DNA of 41,765 bases from Coniocarpon cinnabarinum. Taxonomy: Eukaryota. Of the stretch, positions 35,583-41,765 are shown in pieces; within the stretch, counting starts at the first letter, position 1, and every line of letters begins with the position of its first letter. Location: assembly GCA_051942205.1 (NCBI GenBank), contig JAVECO010000192.1, forward strand, positions 1-41,765, given 5' to 3'. The notes beneath the pieces were generated by a model. It did no database searches, was not told the origin of the DNA, and saw nothing but the letters and a program-made list of their open reading frames with translations. The position numbers and the translations under genes are program-made.

Positions 35583-36476
35583 ATGGCTCCACCACCACCT
35601 GCAGACATGCCGCTGGCTCAGCGCTTGATGGCTTTGGCCGAGACACTCCAATTTGGCTGGTTCTGCGGACATGTGACCATGCTTCTATGTGCTTTGTCCT
35701 ATGGCCTGACCTATATTACTTTCCGCACCGCCAGCGGATGGGCTCGCTTCAACTACCGCACCGCTTATGTAGCGGCAGCAGCCACTTACAGCATCGTGGT
35801 CTACAAATCATTCAGGGCACGGGCGCGTCAAGGCAAAGGAGGCCAATCTCCACTGGCACTGGTTGCAGACGAGAACGTTCAGTACTTGGGTGAGTTGCTC
35901 TTGAGTCCAACCCAGAGCTGGGATGATACAGCAGACGAAGCTAATGTTGTTCCAGTCATGTCGGTCATCTGGCTTTTCTCCTTCCAAGTCCCCCTTGCTC
36001 TCGCTCCACTGGCGGTCTATGCATTGTTCCACGTCGCATCCTACACCCGCTCTAACCTTCTCCCAACCCTGCAACCTCAACCTCAGGGCGCCAAGCCATC
36101 AGGGCTTTCCGAGGCTATGGGCAAGTTTGTGAGGGATTACTACGACACCAGCATGACTATAGTCGCTTTCCTCGAAATCTTGCTCTGGTTCCGCCTTCTC
36201 TTCTCGGCCATTGTTTTTACACGCGGCTCATGGATTCTTCTGATGATCTACACCGTCTTCTTCCGCGCCCGGTACTCGCAGAGCAGCTTCATGCAGAGTG
36301 CAATCATGCAGATGACGGCGCGCATTGACAATGCTTTGGCCAACCCTAATACCCCACCTGCAGCCAAAAATGCATGGGAACAGGCCAAAGGCGCCATTCG
36401 ACAGGCTGTGGATGCCACGGACTTCAATCGTGCTGCAGCAAGGCAAGCTAATGCACAGCCCAAGAAGGCGCAATAA
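35583..36476 (+). CDS. POM33: Nucleoporin/ER membrane protein Pom33 (TMEM33 family); intron 35890-35955
   Basis: MAPPPP...LAQRLMALAETLQFGWFCGH, DENVQYL, ALFHVASYTRSNLLPT, FFRARYSQSSF; 66-nt GTGAGT...CTAAT...CAG intron. Confidence 0.9.
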   Translation: MAPPPPADMPLAQRLMALAETLQFGWFCGHVTMLLCALSYGLTYITFRTASGWARFNYRTAYVAAAATYSIVVYKSFRARARQGKGGQSPLALVADENVQYLGELLLSPTQSWDDTADEANVVPVMSVIWLFSFQVPLALAPLAVYALFHVASYTRSNLLPTLQPQPQGAKPSGLSEAMGKFVRDYYDTSMTIVAFLEILLWFRLLFSAIVFTRGSWILLMIYTVFFRARYSQSSFMQSAIMQMTARIDNALANPNTPPAAKNAWEQAKGAIRQAVDATDFNRAAARQANAQPKKAQ

Positions 36477-37576
36477 GCGTGGTGTCGGGATTGTACGTCC
36501 ATCATCAGAACAGCAGACGCGATCCCTAGGTTCGGACACACGACGAGACAGAGGCCAGGAGACTTTGGCTACACTAAGCCAAGAGAAAGATTCAGAGAGC
36601 AGCACGATGTGGACCAGTGGTACGAGATCTGAACATTCGAAGTTGCTCGACCATATGCACGGGGGGAATCCACCGCACAAAGTTACTGCCCGCGATACAA
36701 AAGCGCATGGAACGCAGCAGGTTGACTGACTGACTGCTTGCACCAACCCCTGATGCGTATGTACTTGTTTTGCAATTTTGGAAGGTGTCTACATACCTAG
36801 AAAGCATTCTAAGAGCAGAAGACGTTGTGAGCTGTCAGATGGGCTCGGCGCATTTGGTTGGGGGCTTGGGGGAAGATCTGGGGCAAGCTCTCGATTGTTG
36901 TTTCTCCAGGTCTCACGTTGCGACGGGTTTCACGGAGGGCTTAAGTGAACTATTGGAGCTCTTGCCCTTCCTGCACCTTGAAGTGTAACAACCGAGTGCG
37001 TGTGTGTGCATGATCTACGAGGCTTTTAATCTTCGATTGGTCCAACCAGCTTTTCGTCTTTGCTGCCGGCGTATGCGGGCCGCGATATGCACGCCCAACA
37101 TTAAAGGAACACACGGGCTGAGCAGGAAGTGTCGGCGGCCTCGGCGGCATCGTTGCGGCCAGCTTGCGGTTCGCGACGTGTGGCGGCAGTGCGTTGGCCG
37201 GCTGCCTGTTATAACTACTGCAGCCCGCCGCGGCAACTGAGGTGCTTTCGTAGTTGTCGCTGCGGATTGCTCATCGTGTATCCAGCTCTCGACCATTGAT
37301 CCTGTTGCCTGCGCCAGTCTCGAAGGACTGCGCGTGAAGAGTCATCACACCGCAGAAAGCCCAACGTACCAAGTGGGCCGCCTGACTCGCTACACGGGTT
37401 GCCTGTTGCGGAGTTATCGATAGTGGGTGAGTGAGCGAGCAGCCTGCGATCGAGGCAGCACCTGCAACAAGACGCCTCACGCTTGCAACCTGCAGAACTC
37501 TCTTTTCGTTGCCTCGTTGCGTCCTGCTACATCTCCCACCCAGCTTCCAGTCGTCGACCGTCGTCTGTGGCGTTTC

Positions 37577-40500
37577 ATGAGCGAGTTTCCTCGTCCTGCA
37601 CACTCTCAGGCCAGCTGTTCCACCAACTCCAATTCGCCGAGCACCCGGGCCGTCTTGACTCCCACCACCAGCGATTCTTCCGACTCACATGAGTTGACCG
37701 CCCACCAGCTCCAAGAAGCCATGGACAATGCTCAGTCCCTCCAGCAGGCGGACCACACCGAGCCTCCCAAGCAAGACGAGCAGCAGTCTGCTGGTGGCAA
37801 GATTGACAGCGCCCCCGCCGCCAAGGATGCGGCGGCCCAGCTGAATGACGCTGCGGACAAGAAGACCGAATGCAAGAACCCCAAGAAGCACAAGAAGTCA
37901 AAGTCGAAGAAGAGCAAGAAAGGCAAAAAGGGTGACAAAAATTCAGACAGCTCCGCAGTCACTGACGACGAAGATGACTCCGACGGGGACTCGTCGTCGT
38001 CGGGAGACTCCTCCGCTGAGCACACCAAGGGTAGGCATCGAGGCCGAAGACGACATTCTCCTCGTAGACACGGAAAGGGCAAAGGTCGCCGCAGCAAGAA
38101 AGCTGAGGAAAGCTCAGATTCAAGCTCCGACGATTCAGATGACTCACATTCCGGATCAGATTCGTCAGAAGAGGAGAGCCCACGCCGCCGCAAGAAGACC
38201 AAGGGCCGTCGATCACGTCGAGAAAAGGAGAAGGAAGAGGAAGAGTCTGCTGATGAACAAGAAGAGTCAACCGACCAATCGACTGATCCGAATGAACTTG
38301 TGAAGCAACTGGCTGCTCTCAGGTCGAGTGAGCTCACTCGAACGACGGGTCGAAACTCTACGGCCGGGCTGGGCTCAGGAGGCTTGGGTGGTGCTGGGGG
38401 CCTGGATTGGGCAAAGATGCTCCAACAATCTCAGCGACGTGCCACGAAGGATGGCGGTAAATCAAAACCCAAGGGCGACAAGAAGAAGACGAAGAAGAAG
38501 CGATCGAACAAGCGAGCAAGCACTTTAGAATACAAGCGTGTCGACCAGCTTTGGGACAGTGCGTTGCCGATTGGCTTGCTATTCTGTTTTGACATCGGAC
38601 ATGCTGACTGCTCCAGGCTCAATCCACAACTACAAGCTCACTGAGACAGCCGAGGACCAAGAAGACGAGTTCGATGAGTATGTTTTCAACGTCCGACGAA
38701 AGTTTGATTGGGAGAACAAGTACAAAAACACGGTGGTCGACATCAAGTCAAAAATTCTTCGAGACGCGTTGCAAGAAGTCATGAAGGATGTTAAGAGCGT
38801 CTCTCTTGTCGAAGATCAGCCAAGCGTGAGTGGAGAGCGGTTCGTAATAAATGTCACACTCAAGCCGCTGACTCAATGCCCAGGTCGACCCCAACATGCT
38901 CTTCTTGTACATTGAAGAGCTTCGGACTCATGCCAAAAAGACTCTCAAAGCCAAACTCAAGGCTGAGAAGAAACGAAAACTCCAACGCCGAATCAAGCGC
39001 ATGCGATCCGAGGTAAAGCTTCTACTCACGTATCTCGATCAAGACTATGCAGACACCAAGCGAACGCTGTATCCCATGCTTGAGGCAGGCAACATCACCT
39101 TTGACCTTATCTGGGCCCTGTTCAAGCCCAACTCGATTGCTTACACAGCAACATATGGTGCTACTGATGAGCCACGCGCTTTCAAAGTCGACTATGCCAA
39201 CAAGGAAAGCAGCTTCATGCGTGGTGATTGGTATTGTGTTGAAGGTCAATACCTCGAATATGACGGAAAGCAATTCGGCCTCGGCAACTTTGAATGTGAC
39301 ATCGAAGCTTTCAAAGGCCCGCGCAAGATCACATCACTAACGACTTATCCACTGAAATACCACCGAGATCCAGAAGGCCTCAAGAAGCAGCTGATCGAGC
39401 GCGGAAAGCGCTTTGTCGGCATGGAGGGGATGAACTACCGCTTCCACAAAGGCCTGGCATTCATGAAGAAGAAGCGCAATGTGGCAAAGGTGAACATCAA
39501 CGGACGAATCATGATCGACCCAGCTATTTTCCGCCGAATCAATCCCAACTACCCGATTTCGCTCATCAAGCGCAAAGATCCCGACGAGCTTCCAGGTCAA
39601 GACTCAGACGATGAGAGCTCATGTGGCTGTGGTGGCGATTCCGATGATGACGAGCCTGAAGGCGAAGACAGCTTCAAGCCGGTTCGTGAAACCAAATTCA
39701 AGGCCATTATCGACAAGGACAAGAAACTGCATATTGTTGAAGTTCCGATCGATGAAAACGGTCGTGAGCTGCGCGTGGAGAACATGGAGCAACTGCCAGA
39801 AGGCTCCGAAACCAAGCATGAGTTCACGGAAGAGGAACTTCTCATCGCTTCCCCTGTTGTACTTGGTTTTGCCTTTTCGGAGAAGCTGTGGCTTGAGTTT
39901 TCGTTGAACGGCGTCCACGATATTGAGTGGAATGAAGGCGCATTCGACTCCCTCGTTCTCCCCGACAACCAGAAAACCATTGTCAAGGCTCTTGTCGAGT
40001 CGCACAAGTTCCACGCCGCTAAGACCATCGACGACGTTGTGCAAGGCAAGGGCAAGGGCCTGGTGGCCGTCCTTCATGGCCCACCTGGGACTGGCAAGAC
40101 TTTGACTGCCGAAGGCATTGCCGAGCTCTTGAAGTGTCCGCTGTACATGGTGTCAGCTGGTGAACTTGGCACAGATCCGCGCATGCTCGAAGCAGAGCTG
40201 CAAAAGATCCTGGACATTGCACACAGTTGGGGTGCTGTGTTGCTGCTCGACGAAGCGGACGTGTTCCTCGAGCGCCGCGAGGTCCACGACATCCACCGCA
40301 ACGCGCTGGTCTCGATCTTCCTCCGTCTACTCGAGTACTTCCAAGGTATCCTCTTCCTGACGACTAACCGCGTCGAGACCTTCGACGATGCCTTCCAGTC
40401 ACGTATTCACATTGCGCTGCGCTATGGAGAGCTCACCACTAAGGCTAAGAAATCTGTCTGGAAAATGTTCCTGTCCAAGGTGTCCAGCATGGAGGCCAAG

Positions 40501-40737
40501 GTCCCTGGTGCTACCTCTTCGAGCATTACTGAGGAGGACTTTGACATCCTCGCTCGTAAGAACCTGAACGGACGACAGATCAAGAATGCTGTCCGGACAG
40601 CCCAGGCCCTTGCTGTTAACACCGGCGAACAGCTGGGCATGGAACACATTAAGAGAGTTCTGGTGGTGGGTGAGAGTTTCGAAAAAGATCTGAAAGGCGG
40701 GACGGGATATGAAGACGCTATGAGAAGCTACACCTAG
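37577..40737 (+). CDS. Fungal AAA+ ATPase with long S/K/D/R-rich low-complexity N-terminus; exons 37577-38558, 38617-38825, 38884-40737
   Basis: Walker A GPPGTGKT, Walker B LLLDEADVFL, GILFLTTNRVETFDDAFQSRIH, LNGRQIKN; upstream YKRVDQLWD and FNVRRKFDWENKY segments; two canonical introns keep the frame. Confidence 0.9.
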
Positions 40738-41270
40738 TAGACTTGGCTTGGATACGGTTGTGCATAGATATGCAATCGCAAGTGGCGAGTAATGGTCATT
40801 GGGAAGGCGTTTGATGATGATCACCGGCCTTGGATAAGAACGGCAGTCGTTACTCTTTCAGGCACGTTATCATGATATAGAGCACCGGCGTCTCTCGTAC
40901 AGTGCATACGTCAATGGCCATCTCAGCTCTCTCCGTTTGGCACGAGAAGGTTATTGTTATGTAAATAACGAGTTGTGATGTCTAGTCTATTACATTACGT
41001 ATCTCATGAGCATCCGTAACTCTGTAGCCATAGTCACGTCTATGCATATCCTGGTGGTCATACTGTTCGATTAGGCTGTGAATTGCAATGAGGCTCAATA
41101 CGCTGCGTTGAAACAACGCGTAGACCTTGTCGACGTTTTAGCTAGTCATTATTCCTCGCACCCTGCCTGGATTTATATATCAAATCTATCACCATCATTG
41201 AAAGTGAAGAAGAGTAAGTCAGCTTCACCTTGAAACTATATCCGGCAGCAACTTGCCACCCACCACAGCC

Positions 41271-41765
41271 ATGCCCGCCATACTCAAGAAACCGCGCCGA
41301 ACGCGCTTCCACAACCTCAAGCGCCCGGTACAAAACACAACCCATCCCAAAGTCTTCATCCCATCTCCTATAACGCTCACTAACGACCGCAGCGCATCCG
41401 CACCGACATGAAGAAAGAAAACCTCTACAACCTCTCCCGCATGCGCAACCCGCCCACCGCTGAGCGGACGTACTTCCAACAGAAATGGACGGCCAAGTCC
41501 GTGACGCGCGCCTACCACGGCGAACACATCCGCGAAGGCCTCTGGAAGCGGTCATTCGTCCGGCGACCGCCCGCTGTCGTCCCCATGAATCCAACGTATC
41601 TTGCTTCGCACGATGGGTCGGATGAGGCTGCCGGTCGAGGATCTGGTCGAGAGCCCATCCCGCAGTGGTTGGAGAATGAGCGGGTGACCGAGGTAGTGAG
41701 GGCGAGGGAACCGAGTGAAAGAGCCGTGGTGGAGAAGCGGGGGGGTACTTGGGAAGGGGCGATGG
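41271..41765 (+). CDS. NAM9: Mitochondrial small-subunit ribosomal protein uS4m (Nam9), 5' part; intron 41328-41392
   Basis: MPAILKKPRRTRFHNLKRP-RIRTDMKKENLYNL...RTYFQQKWTAKSVTRAYHGEHIREGLW...AAGRGSG; runs off the window end. Confidence 0.88.

Noticed and set aside
36480..37570. Short ORFs between POM33 and the AAA ATPase as a small gene
   Set aside because: No recognisable product or convincing exon structure on either strand.
37732..38337. 201-aa antisense ORF and similar shadow ORFs opposite CYA5, the La-like gene and the AAA ATPase
   Set aside because: Antisense shadows of biased-codon or low-complexity coding regions.
40735..40740. Genome-wide reassignment of TAG as a sense codon to explain the internal stops
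   Set aside because: The AAA ATPase ends at its expected C-terminus with TAG TAG, Trp is encoded by TGG elsewhere, and the RPS19 copy has all three stop types plus many missense changes.
1..41765. Transposons, tRNA/rRNA genes, CRISPR arrays, secondary-metabolite cluster
   Set aside because: No transposase/RT motifs, terminal repeats, tRNA T-loop signatures, spaced repeats or backbone biosynthetic enzymes were seen by eye; small RNAs could have been missed without a covariance-model search.

Overview
Gene-dense, intron-containing DNA from a filamentous ascomycete (GT-AG introns of about 45-300 nt with CTAAC/CTGAC branch sites; lineage not determinable from this window alone). I can build about 15 protein-coding gene models: prolyl 4-hydroxylase-like 3' end, a conserved alpha/beta-barrel protein, GYP8 TBC GAP, an RSE1/DDB1/MMS1-family propeller protein, a YIP1-family protein, two mitochondrial PPR proteins (one CYA5/PET309-like), a La-motif protein with an RS-rich extension, a single-pass membrane protein, LSM4, a class VI chitin synthase, septin CDC3, POM33, a fungal AAA ATPase and the 5' end of NAM9. 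Two pseudogenes are not evident from the ORF track: an intronless RPS19 copy with three in-frame stops, and a multi-exon F-box gene. The two most notable signals are (1) one in-frame TAG at a conserved Trp position in an otherwise intact chitin synthase (editing/readthrough candidate, or a recent null or sequencing error) and (2) a ~1.9 kb non-coding, stem-rich interval between GYP8 and the MMS1-like gene that could encode a long structured RNA such as telomerase RNA, although the canonical template is absent. I saw no tRNA, rRNA, CRISPR or recognisable transposon. All exon structures were derived by eye and family calls come from remembered motifs, not searches.
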